Source: Bugula neritina
Taxonomy: Eukaryota > Animalia > Bryozoa
Assembly (NCBI GenBank): GCA_964035545.1
Contig: OZ037765.1
Coordinates: 4,970,698 to 5,034,697 of the forward strand
Direction: 5' to 3'
DNA length: 64,000 nucleotides
The notes under the pieces are model-generated. The model had not been told where the DNA came from, ran no database searches, and worked only from the letters and a program-made list of their open reading frames with translations. Below, in pieces: positions 1-10,321 of the stretch. Every line of letters begins with the position of its first letter. Position 1 is the first letter of the stretch. The position numbers and the translations under genes are program-made.

Positions 1-2736
1 TTGGATAGCTTTAAACCTGGTACGGAAACCACAATTGGGTAAGATTGCCTTCTTGCTACCTTTCATCTGGTTCTATCAATTGGACCACTGTGTGATGTAA
101 TTCACTCTTGTGGAAATTATTTAGAGATCTATGTAAGGGAAGTAATCACCAGTTCACCATATATTGGCCTCTGTATGACTGCTCATTGTTTCCATCTCTT
201 TTAGTTGCCTTCTCCTGTATGTGAGCACATTTAGCTTACTTGTTTACAATGTTGAAGGCTGCATTCTTCCATTAAATTTTTTTTTATTAAATTTGTCAAC
301 TCTGCAACTATTTACCCCAACAGCTTATTGGAATCATATTTACATTCATGTATTACAATATATTAATACACCATCTGCTGGCAGCTGGAAATATAAAAAA
401 ATAATGTTTCCACTAATAAAAATCATTGGTAGCTACTGTTGGTAAATCACTTGGGAACAGAATTTTTATCTGTTGTTTTAACTTTTTGGCGTATGAGATG
501 TTAAGCCCTGATTGAGATCTGGTGTTTTTGATGGGTTTATTGGCCTCAGCCTTGATAAAGCTCAGCTTAAAAGAGCTCAGTTTATGCTAAATAAACCTGT
601 ATCCATGTTTTAAGCTGGCTGCAGTCAAACTGAGGTGGATACATGAGTGAATGTTTCTTTTGGACTCTGCAAACTTCTTATTTTTTTCTGGAGCATGATA
701 TGAATTTACTATACATCACTGTAAATTTATGTAAGTTGTATCTCTGAAACTAGTGGTACATACTGCCAAAGCTAAACTTATTGTTATAACACTGTCCTCT
801 ATTATTGCTTTTTTAGAGCATCGTTTATGTCTAAAACCCTCCTGGTAGATGGAAAGTCGTACAGGTTTCAAATCTGGGATACAGCAGGTCAAGAGAAGGT
901 AACTACCACATCCTACTCACTTCCTGTCACATGACTCATCCCGAGTGAATTGTGTTTTGACATTCTGGATCTCTTTGCTAATGTACAGAAGGTTATCAGG
1001 AGTATTACTGCAAATATTTAGACTTTTAGAGTCTGATTGTTTTCAACTTTAAGAATGATGCAATCTTTCACTTTCAACTCATAGTGGTGCTGCTTGTCCA
1101 CTCAACTCCAACTCAAAACTCAAACAGAGAATTTGATTCTAATTAATACTGCAATGTAAGAAGTCACAGGTTCGATTCCCAGTAAAAGTCATTGGTGATG
1201 TTAGGAAAAGCATTCAGTCATAATTGCTCCTGTGTGTCATATGAATAAGTCCTTAGCTGCTTAAAAACCCTTTCCATCAGGTGTTTTTACAGGGATAGTG
1301 ACTATAAACTTACATGAGTTTTAATACTGCAGCATACGCCATAATGTATGCTCAGCCGATTGAGTTTGTAAGCCCTGCAGAATAACCAGTTAATAATTTA
1401 ACATTGTTATGTCTCTATTTGTAGTATCGGTCTTTAGCCCCTATGTACTACAGAGGTGCTTCAGCTGCAATTATCATGTATGACATCACTAAAGAGGTTA
1501 GTTACTGCTGGACTACAATAAATGCTATTACATACAAAGCTGCTGTTAATGCACAAAGAGCTATTATGAAATACCTAATCCTCGTTGGTTTACAAACCAC
1601 TTGCCATGAGGTGACGAGTGTAACGAAGCTTTAATATTTTGAGTAATTATACTCTGCAGGAAACCTTTAAAAGCTTAAAAAGCTGGATTAAAGAACTGAA
1701 AGAACGAGGTCCCAAGAATATTGTCATAGCCATAGCGGGCAACAAGAACGACCTTGAAGATGAGAGAGAGATCACTACTTCAGGTCAGCAAGAAAGAGTT
1801 TGTAAATTTTGTGTAATTAAACTGAGGATTGCTAAGTTGAAATTGTATGCTCTCCATGGGTGCATGTCCCTTATATTAAAGTATGTTTAAGCATGTCATG
1901 TTATGGAATATAACATGCTTTTTAATCCTGTTATGATTTAGTAATATAAACAATACTTTGAATAGTGTTTTTATGTTTTATTTATTTACTATCATATGTT
2001 CTATTTATTTATATAGAATATATTGCTAATACTTTGGTATGTTTTATTCATTTATATAGAGGCTGCGGATTATTGTAGTCAACTTGGTGCTATATTCACA
2101 GAGACGAGTGCTTTAACAGCTGTTGGGGTCAACGAACTTTTCACTCATATTAGTGAGTTTATCTTTATTCAACATTATTTAGAATAGGTATGGGACTGGA
2201 TAGTTTTTTTAGACTTTAGTTTTAATTATATATATTTCTGTCTAATTGTCGATAAAAAATGTGTAAGTTTATAAAAAGTATGAATGCAATGTACAGCATG
2301 TCATTATTTAAATATAATTTTTTATTGAAAAATTTCAGTAAAAAATAGAAGATGTAAACAATTTCTCTTCAAATTTTGCTTTAATACTGTATAAGGAGTT
2401 TCGATAAAAAATATCAACTTTTGCTTTTACTACTTCATCGTCAGATACAATATGGAGTAGGCGAATATTTATTAATCAACATGTTGTGTTTGTGTTTGTA
2501 AGTTAAGTGAAGATATGCGATTAATTATTAATTGGGTATAGTTATGTTTCTCACTGTAAGTTTTGGCTGTTTCCAAACTGTTAATTTATTATACTGTGTG
2601 ATAGTTTTAGGATATATGTATTTTGTTTGCAGGCCAGCAACTTCCAGGTCAAAGGTTGTCCATGATGCTAGAAACAGGCTCTAAAACTGTCCAATTAGAC
2701 AAGAGCAACGGTTCCAAAAAGGGATGCTCATGTTAA
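1..2736 (+). CDS. RAB22A: Rab22/Rab31-family small GTPase (Rab5 group), 5'-truncated by the window edge; exons 1-38, 817-898, 1425-1496, 1660-1783, 2060-2152, 2633-2736
   Basis: Phase-consistent GT-AG splicing gives ...TTIGASFMSKT...[33 protein letters not shown]...[10 protein letters not shown]...ETSALTA...KKGCSC*. It has the G2-G5 motifs, the Rab5-group IGASF and APMYYRG signatures and a CXC prenylation end. Rab22 versus Rab31 cannot be resolved, and an invertebrate gene would be a co-orthologue of both. Confidence 0.9.
1155..1325 (+). mobile_element. tRNA-derived SINE copy (5'-truncated) in a Rab intron
   Basis: B-box-like GGTTCGATTCCC followed by CATTGGTGATGTTAGGAAAAGCATTCAGTCATAATTGCTCCTG...AAGTCCTTAG...CCCTTTCCATCAGG...GACTATAAACTT, colinear with the fuller copy at 56737-56950. 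Confidence 0.75.
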
Positions 2737-3737
2737 TTTAGTTCTAGTCTTAGCTATTTATGCCAGCTGTATATTTTTGGTATTTCTATTGCAAGTACAC
2801 GTTTATCATATGTTAGTATCGCACATATAATGCTCATTAATTTATTATATAGATGTGATGACAGCGTCAATTTGTTATTGAAGTAATACACTGGTAAAGT
2901 TACAAGTCTATAATCATGTTTAGGTGTACGCCTGTATGTAGTAAAATATGTATCTGTTGGGCTAAAGACAGATACTAGAAATAAAGACATAATTGGTATA
3001 CTTGATTTGTTATTTATGTGCTACGTAACTTTTTACAAGTGTTGCTCAAGTTTTTGAGTTATAGGTAAATACTGAAAGAAACGAATTTTCATAATGTTAT
3101 AGTTAAGCATTTGTCCAAATATTGTTACACTTTTTACTTTATGTATTTTCATTCCAAGAAGTTTAATTAGAAGTATTGCTAAAAGTTTATCCACGCCTGT
3201 GCCTGCTTTATTTTTACTTACTTGTTTATGTCAAAAATAATGTATATTTTCTGCAATATGTGAGAGATTTCAAATACATTGCTGTATAATATGAAAATAA
3301 TGATACTTCCTCAGAAGACTAATAACGGGAATTGGTTATCAAATAAGAGTTGTTTTCTCCATAACTAAGAGCTGGCTAGTAGTTGAGCACTGCAAGATGC
3401 ACATGGCAGGCTGAATATGTTTTGACTGACAGATTTTAGCTCTAACTTAAATTTGTTTTATATCTATTGCATTTTGCAATATTATGCTAGTCCTCTAAAC
3501 AATTAAAAGAAATTCAATTAATGCTTCATAATCACAAAAACATTAGTAGATATTTGCTAATATACAGTTTTTTAAGATGCAGATCAATGATGAATATAAG
3601 ATTTATGAGTTTTAAAGTGCTTGCATAATTTAGAACTGCATGCAGAGATATTATGCAACACTTGATCTTATATAAAATATTATAACGCATTATTCACAGC
3701 TAATCTCCAGAATTCAGACCAGTTGTAATATTAGTAT

Positions 3738-4089
3738 TGTAGTGAGTAGTGCAAAGTACAAATACGGGAATCGCCCTCTCCCTACTCTTGGAATACTTAG
3801 CCCTTATGTAGCAACCAATTAGCAGCTCCGGAAGATATGCTTCCGATTCACGTGACACTTCCCGGGCTATTAACATTATATCACGTTGTTGTAAGCGGAG
3901 GCTTGAAGTAGTAACATGTGTTAGTAGTTGACTGATGTATAGGATAATTTGATGTGATGTTTGTTTTATGCTTTATTGTGGATAATAAATATAATTACTC
4001 GACAGCTACCCTAGTAATTGCTAGCAGAATAACCAGCTAACTATACGCAAGTAAATAACTCACGCTCAGTAATTGCACAAATTACTACA
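3738..4089 (+). repeat. 5' LTR
   Basis: TGTAGTGAG...ATTACTACA, with no difference from the 3' LTR seen by eye; AATAAA at 3984-3989. Confidence 0.95.
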
Positions 4090-4090
4090 G

Positions 4091-4108
4091 TGGTGGCAGC
4101 GGTGGGAT
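4091..4108 (+). promoter_or_regulatory. Primer binding site complementary to the tRNA-Leu 3' end
   Basis: TGGTGGCAGCGGTGGGAT lies 1 nt after the LTR and is the reverse complement of the eukaryotic tRNA-Leu 3' end (...AUCCCACCGCUGCCACCA). Confidence 0.85.
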
Positions 4109-4125
4109 CTTGCGTATAGCAGTCA

Positions 4126-5075
4126 TGGCAGAAGACGGCACGGAGCTACCCATTCCACTGAATGAAGGTGAGAGAGATAATGTTGATATACCTGTGGAAC
4201 CAGTGGTGTTAGATGAAGAAGTGAGAATTCTTAGAGAGCATGGTGAAGACAGATACCGGCTGAAGGCGCCCACCTTCACCGGCGAAGAAGCAGTGGAGCA
4301 GTTTATCCAAGAATTCCAAGATGTGATGGAGATTGCAGAGTGGCCACCAAGGGTGGCGTTGCTAAAGCTCAGGATGGCGCTGACGGGCAAAGCTAAGCCG
4401 TACGGAGCGGGACCTGACATAGACGGAATCTTTGCTTCTCTGCGGGCCCGTTTTGGCATCTCCCCCATAGATGCGCGGGCCCGTCTACAAAGGATGCGGC
4501 GTGATCCTCACACGTCGCTAGAAGAGCACGCTGCCACGGTGTACCCACTAGCGCAGATCGCGTTCCGCGATCTGCCTCCAGTACACCGTGAGAGGTATAC
4601 TTATGATGCCTTCGTGCAGTCCATCAACGACTTGGGGCTCCACCATCAACTCCAAGCGAGGGGAGTCACCACAGTCGAAGATGCACTTGCGGTGGGAGAA
4701 GCCTACCTCTTGGCGACTCATATGCACCGCAACCACGTGGCCTCCCGCCAGGTGACCACGGAGCACACTACTGCTCACGCCGAACCAAACGCGGAACCCT
4801 CCGCGGTGGCTAATGTGAACCAGATGTCACTAGCGTCAAAAGTCGCCCAGATGACTGACATGCTAGATAAACTGGTCACCACATTAGCTTCCCCAAGCCA
4901 GGTAGATACTGCCCGTGAGCCTTGCGGGCCGCAGGTACAATCACCAGGCATGGGGCACCACTTCTGCTGGGAATGCGGAAGGCCAGGACACTTCCAGAGG
5001 AACTGCCCTCAACTCCCACAAGAGTTAAACTACCACGGCCCGCAGATGTTCCCACCTCATGCGGGCCGTCTGTAA
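4126..5075 (+). CDS. gag: Gag polyprotein (capsid-like region plus CCHC zinc knuckle); first ATG at 4126
   Basis: ORF track 4110..5075; YRLKAPTFTGEEAVEQFIQEF is typical of gypsy Gag; CWECGRPGHFQRNC fits C-x2-C-x4-H-x4-C. Confidence 0.88.
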
Positions 5076-7282
5076 ATCACCCAGGGAGGCCCGCGCGTCT
5101 GTCGCCCCGCTGGGCGCCGCGCGGAGATGCTGTGAAGTGGCGACCCCCGCGGCAAGTAGGCTCAAGCCACTCGCCGCCTGGGTCCTCTACGCCACTCCAG
5201 CACCAACACGGAGCCGGCAGACGGTTGACCACAGAGCCTGCGAGGGAAACGGTACAGGCGCCGCAAGGCGTACCGCCCCAACCTCGGCAGCTGGTCAATA
5301 GTCGCCGCCAACCGTGGACCCCTCGACCCACAGCGAGGGAGGTGCAACCACGGCACACACAATTGCAGCCACACGGAAGTAGCTACTTCCTACCAGGAAA
5401 GCTAGCCGGCAAGCCTGCCAACTTCCTTCTGGACTCAGGCTGCACCACCAACCTCCTTAGCCGTCAGTTCTTTGACACCCTCAGCGCTAAGGTCAAGGAC
5501 GGGTTGGCACCGTATGAGGGGGATCATGGCACCCTGGCAGACGGGTCGTGCATTCCCTTCTACGGCATTATTGAGCTAACCGGTTACGTCCGTAACCAGG
5601 CCATCCAAGAGACGTTTATCGTCGGGCAGCTCAACGAGGATGCTATCCTCGGGATGCCATTCTTACAACGACACGGTTGTCGCATCGATTTCAGTAAATC
5701 TGCGATGATCATGGGCGACAAGGTGCTCGCTTGTGTCGATAAGTTTGGTCGTCTTCTAGCGGGAGCAGTGCAGGTAGTACGGAGCTGTACTATACCAGGC
5801 CACTCCCGGGCTACCGTCCGCTGCAAGGTAGACGGTGGCCAAACCTCTAAGTTGGGAGTTGTCAAAAGTACGCATTCAAGAGTCCAACTTGCCCATAGCT
5901 TTAGCCGGCTTACGGGACAAGGAGAGATCTCAGTGCAGTGTGTCAACCCCTTCTCAGAGACAGTAGACCTACCACCCAGATCCATGCTGGGTCGCTTCCA
6001 TCCTGTCCAGGAGGAAGCCATTGGGCCGTCGTCGGGAGCTATGACGGAAGGTCCTCAGCAGAGCCCGTCTCGAGGGCGGAGGACCGTCCCAACCCACGCC
6101 TCCCCTCCTCCAGGGACGCGTGGCTGCACAGGCAACGGGAAGCGCCAGGCTATGGCTAGGTTGCCACATGGGTACAGTGAGGCGTTCCGCCACACAGACC
6201 ACGGAGCCCGCCTAAATAGAGCAGGCTGCCGTGAGGTACCACGGGCGGCGAGGACCGCCCCTGCTCAGCTACTCCAACAGAGGGCTGACACGCCCCCGGA
6301 GGCTGTCCAGAGCCTCCGCGCCAAACCTGTATGGGCTGGTAACGTTAGGGAGCTGCCGAAGCTCCAGGAATGCCTTCCTGGGGTGGTAGCCGACGTGTAC
6401 CGAGCGAAACAGGAAGGGCGACGACCCAGTAGTAAACAACGGCGACAGGGATGCGCCGAGTTACGGCTGTACTGTCAACGTTGGAGCTCTCTGCGGGTCG
6501 GGCCAGATGGTCTGCTGACCATGACCTTGGCCGCCAACAGCAGACAGCCAGCCAGGAAGAGGGTTGTCTGCCCAGTTGCCATCCGCCGGAAGTTGATACA
6601 AGACACCCACGAGGAGACTCACGGAGGAGTCCAAGGGGTGGTCACCAAGCTACAACTCCGGTGGTACTGGCCCAACATGGAACGGGATATCCGACGCAGA
6701 GTGAGACGGTGCAAAGTCTGCCAGACCAACAAGCATAGCCGTCTCCCTGGTGAAGCGGGGCGGCAGACGCATTGTGCGAGAAGGTCTCGGCAGGCGGAGA
6801 CTGTCAACCTGGCCGGAAACACCTCCATGACACGTCAGGAAGACTTGGCGAGGCGAGAAAGGCCACTTCCGTCCTTGAAAGTGCGCCCACCGCCCCCAAC
6901 GTCAAGCCTGCCATCATCACCACTTCCGGAACCAGAAACAGGTCCGGAAGTGCAAAAACCCCCCGTGGGAGGGGCTCCGCAAGGAGATACCAACGTAGGA
7001 CCAGGACCACACACTAGGCAACTTCCAGCGTGTCTCAGAGACTGTGTACGTGACCGCGGTATAAGCGGCAGTAACGAAAGTCTAGAGAGGCCTCGCATGG
7101 GAAAACAGGCAAAGAGCCGTGGGAGTTGTGATCACCACGAGAATCTCAACTTTTGCCTCGGCGGAATCTCACACGAGATTCATTCGCTGGAAGTGAAAAG
7201 CCCTAGTCACGTTTCACAACCACGCTGTCCGGTCTTTTCCTATGTTGATGCAGTCGAGAGTAGACGTGCCAGTAAACAGTAA
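4922..7282 (+). CDS. pol: Internally deleted Pol: aspartic protease, spacer and integrase H2C2 Zn-binding domain, without RT/RNase H or the DDE core
   Basis: FLLDSGC...ILGMPFL is a retropepsin signature; HEETHGG...YWPNM...CKVCQ is the IN Zn-binding domain; no YxDD, RNase H or DDE motifs are visible in the 786-aa open frame. Confidence 0.85.
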   Translation: MRAAGTITRHGAPLLLGMRKARTLPEELPSTPTRVKLPRPADVPTSCGPSVNHPGRPARLSPRWAPRGDAVKWRPPRQVGSSHSPPGSSTPLQHQHGAGRRLTTEPARETVQAPQGVPPQPRQLVNSRRQPWTPRPTAREVQPRHTQLQPHGSSYFLPGKLAGKPANFLLDSGCTTNLLSRQFFDTLSAKVKDGLAPYEGDHGTLADGSCIPFYGIIELTGYVRNQAIQETFIVGQLNEDAILGMPFLQRHGCRIDFSKSAMIMGDKVLACVDKFGRLLAGAVQVVRSCTIPGHSRATVRCKVDGGQTSKLGVVKSTHSRVQLAHSFSRLTGQGEISVQCVNPFSETVDLPPRSMLGRFHPVQEEAIGPSSGAMTEGPQQSPSRGRRTVPTHASPPPGTRGCTGNGKRQAMARLPHGYSEAFRHTDHGARLNRAGCREVPRAARTAPAQLLQQRADTPPEAVQSLRAKPVWAGNVRELPKLQECLPGVVADVYRAKQEGRRPSSKQRRQGCAELRLYCQRWSSLRVGPDGLLTMTLAANSRQPARKRVVCPVAIRRKLIQDTHEETHGGVQGVVTKLQLRWYWPNMERDIRRRVRRCKVCQTNKHSRLPGEAGRQTHCARRSRQAETVNLAGNTSMTRQEDLARRERPLPSLKVRPPPPTSSLPSSPLPEPETGPEVQKPPVGGAPQGDTNVGPGPHTRQLPACLRDCVRDRGISGSNESLERPRMGKQAKSRGSCDHHENLNFCLGGISHEIHSLEVKSPSHVSQPRCPVFSYVDAVESRRASKQ
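5024..5069 (+). promoter_or_regulatory. -1 programmed ribosomal frameshift signal (G_TTA_AAC plus stem-loop)
   Basis: Heptamer at 5024-5030 is in the Gag frame; 10-bp perfect stem ACGGCCCGCA (5035-5044) pairs with TGCGGGCCGT (5060-5069); ORF2 lies in the -1 frame across this site. Confidence 0.75.
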
Positions 7283-7305
7283 TCATTTACCGCTCTCATT
7301 CCAAA

Positions 7306-8363
7306 ATGTCTTACTATTCTGGATCGAAGGGTGAGTTAATTATGTTTTTGGTACGATAACTAGACTGCATCAGTCAGCTTTAGCTACACTAGCTAGCGAG
7401 CTGGAGATTCGATAATGATAAACAGTGGTGGAAATACACGTCGACTTTGATTTTAAATAATCTGTCATAGCGAGTGTGTTCTCCATCAACTATTCATTAG
7501 CCTGAATCTCACGAGTGTAACTGAACAGAGTACCGGTCAGGCTGTACACGCCGACGGTACCTCAGTGTATAATCTTTAACACTGCTACTCTTTCAGATCA
7601 CACTCGAGTGACCACCTCCCGGTCACGGGACCAGCCAACCTCTCTGCCTATGGAAGAAGAGCCTGTAATGGAGAATGGCATACCCGTGGTGCTCCGTCGA
7701 CGACACCGTTGGGTGTCACCCACGACGGAAAGGAGAATTGAAGAAGCCTGGGGACCCAGTGGACCACACCGAACCTGCCAGGTCTGCTTTGAGGAGTGCC
7801 CGTCACACCGCTCCCTGCGTTTACATGTAGACGCCCATTTCCTACTCCACTTCTGTCCCTGCGGGTTCCATGACGTCTACCCGTATCCCGTGACAGTACA
7901 TAAGCTGAGCTGCTTCGCCGGAGAGAACCACACTGTTGATGAAGACAGTTTCCCCCTATACCTGGATGCCATCAAGCCAGTCATCAGGAAGGCTATCACC
8001 CTGGCCGCACTAGCGTCAGGGTTCCACGTACTGCTGCTATCCGCCCGCCATAAGTCCCCTATGGTTCAGGGCCCACCCCCTACCCCCGTCAACCCTAGCA
8101 ACACCCCAGAAGTAGAAGAAACAACAATACCCCCTCTAACGGAGACTACTACAACCCCACGAAGGCCTAGCCAGCTGGCTAATGTAGAAGAGCGGCTTGT
8201 AAGACTACAAGCCGAGTTCACACAACTTGCCCCTGATCTGCTGGATACGACGACAGGTCTATACCAGTTGAAGGACTCAGTGGGGCGACTGAAGAGGCGG
8301 CTACGTGCCCGACAGGCTCGACACAGAGCACGATCGCTACAAGAATCAGAGTCCACCCAATGA
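7306..8363 (+). CDS. Spliced accessory ORF3 of the LTR element, a zinc-finger plus coiled-coil protein; exons 7306-7330 and 7597-8363
   Basis: AAA-ATG at 7306, donor AGG|GTGAGT at 7331, acceptor CTACTCTTTCAG| at 7596; the join G+AT=Asp is in frame with ORF 7608..8363. Motifs: CQVC-x12-H-x3-H, then CPCG...H...C, then a C-terminal heptad (VEERLVRLQAEF...LYQLKDSVGRLKRRL). No signal peptide or TM segment. Confidence 0.72.
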
Positions 8364-8549
8364 GAATGCCTGGGGTAGGCACCTTCGTTGAGCTGTAACT
8401 CGTTTGGAAAGTGACGAGTGCTCCGACATTGGCCCGCGTGCTGGTAAGCACCCTCTCTCTTAATAGCTGACTAGATGTGTGTGATCGATCACCCTGTTGT
8501 CTTCTAATGTAAATGTTGTCGTGCTCAACTATTTCTCTTCTTACTCTTT

Positions 8550-9305
8550 CACAGGATAGTTAAGGGCAACCTTTTAGCTGCAACTGCCTTGCTGAGGTTT
8601 GCATTGTAATCATATAAGAATTCAGTACCAGTAAAATAAAATCTCACCTAATTGTGCTAGAGTCAAAATTTAAAAACTATGTTGTAGATCTTCTTTTTCT
8701 CCAGTGTAAGTTTTTTGGAAATTTCAATTTTCATTTTTTTTGCGAAGTTATAGACAAAAAACTGCCGAATTTTGGCCAATTTTGCCTGAAAAGCTGACTT
8801 TTCAGTACCAGTAAAATATCTCAGCAGCAAAGCATGATATCTGAATAAAAATTGCACTGCTGGAATCCTGAGATATTTCTCCAGTGTAAGTTTTTTTCTT
8901 TTTTCAATAACTCTGCTAGATTGCTCATAAATTGGTGATTTATACACTGAAAATGCCATATTTTCTCATAAGAAACTAGCAGCGCGCAGCACTTCACGCT
9001 TCACTGAGCACGTAGGGATGAGAAGATATTGGCGCCTACATAATAATTACAGGCTAGCTAGCTGGCAGGCTATAATGAATAGCTTGCTTTGTACTTTGTT
9101 TATGTAGCACCAATAATGGAATGTTGATAGATAACGCAGCCCTAACGAAGGTTGCTGCTTATTGGTTGTAGTTTAATCTTAGGCTAAACAATTACAAGTA
9201 GGCAACACGCATGCCACCCGCAGAGCAATATTATTCAAGAACCCGAACTACATTTTGAGAGAAATTTATGATATTCTTAGTAAGGATGCCCTTAACTATC
9301 CTGTG
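8550..9305. repeat. 19-bp perfect inverted repeat bracketing an AT-rich 756-bp segment inside the LTR element (nested MITE or long-range RNA stem)
   Basis: CACAGGATAGTTAAGGGCA (8550-8568) pairs with TGCCCTTAACTATCCTGTG (9287-9305); internal direct repeats spaced ~180 bp (TTCAGTACCAGTAAAATA at ~8621 and ~8801; TTTCTCCAGTGTAAGTTTTTT at ~8696 and ~8876). Confidence 0.7.
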
Positions 9306-9403
9306 TTGTGGGTTTACTTATGTATGTTTTTCTTTTTGGATTATTGTATAGTTTTTCATTATGTGTTTTTTTATTGTGTTATCAGAAAGTAGGGCTTTCT
9401 GCT

Positions 9404-9416
9404 GGGGGGGGGGCGG
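9404..9416 (+). promoter_or_regulatory. Polypurine tract
   Basis: G10-CGG immediately 5' of the 3' LTR. Confidence 0.85.
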
Positions 9417-9768
9417 TGTAGTGAGTAGTGCAAAGTACAAATACGGGAATCGCCCTCTCCCTACTCTTGGAATACTTAGCCCTTATGTAGCAACCAATTA
9501 GCAGCTCCGGAAGATATGCTTCCGATTCACGTGACACTTCCCGGGCTATTAACATTATATCACGTTGTTGTAAGCGGAGGCTTGAAGTAGTAACATGTGT
9601 TAGTAGTTGACTGATGTATAGGATAATTTGATGTGATGTTTGTTTTATGCTTTATTGTGGATAATAAATATAATTACTCGACAGCTACCCTAGTAATTGC
9701 TAGCAGAATAACCAGCTAACTATACGCAAGTAAATAACTCACGCTCAGTAATTGCACAAATTACTACA
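9417..9768 (+). repeat. 3' LTR
   Basis: Direct copy of 3738-4089, followed by the TSD GTAT. Confidence 0.95.
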
Positions 9769-10321
9769 GTATAACTAAAGCATATTATGTAGCTGTTGAA
9801 ATTGGTCAGCAGTTTTTATTGTGATCAATGTTATTTTTGTTGTTGTATATTTATATATAGAAAATGTCTTATATATTTCTAGATAATACATATATTATTT
9901 ATAATAGTAAACATGCATAGCAATTGATAATTAATTGCAAAAACAAATATTCACCATTGTAGCTCAACAGCGTTTTGTTTCTCATTGGAGTTGTCGTTAC
10001 AAAACGTGTTATATAAGGTGTTGTCTCCTCCATTAAAAAACGATGGCGATCGATTAACCTAAAATCCTAATTCTTGTTTGTCAAATTTGGAGACGTCGTA
10101 TAGGGCCGCAGTATGTTTGCTACTTTGGAATTATTGAGAACGCACACTATTAATTCTTGTTGTGAAACAGCTCCTCGCTACTTCGCCGTTGAGTTTAAGG
10201 CAGGCTAGTAATCGGTTGGAGTTTCGTATGGAATATTTTGTTAATTTGACTATCAATTGGCACTGATTTTATTACAATTTTTCATTTAATGGGACAATAA
10301 GTACTGGTTGTACTGAAAAGT

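Larger units (their letters stand above)
3738..9768 (+). mobile_element. Ty3/gypsy-type LTR retrotransposon, non-autonomous (no RT/RNase H, no integrase core), recent insertion
   Basis: Two 352-bp direct repeats with TG...CA ends (3738-4089, 9417-9768), 4-bp TSD GTAT (3734-3737, 9769-9772), PBS, G-rich PPT, Gag with a CCHC knuckle, and a PR-IN(Zn) ORF. Confidence 0.95.

Noticed and set aside
7608-8363. ORF3 as an env gene
   Set aside because: No signal peptide, TM anchor or fusion-peptide pattern; it has zinc-finger and coiled-coil features instead
4085-8451. Many antisense and overlapping short ORFs inside the LTR element
   Set aside because: Expected from the higher GC content opposite long coding frames; none shows a recognisable motif
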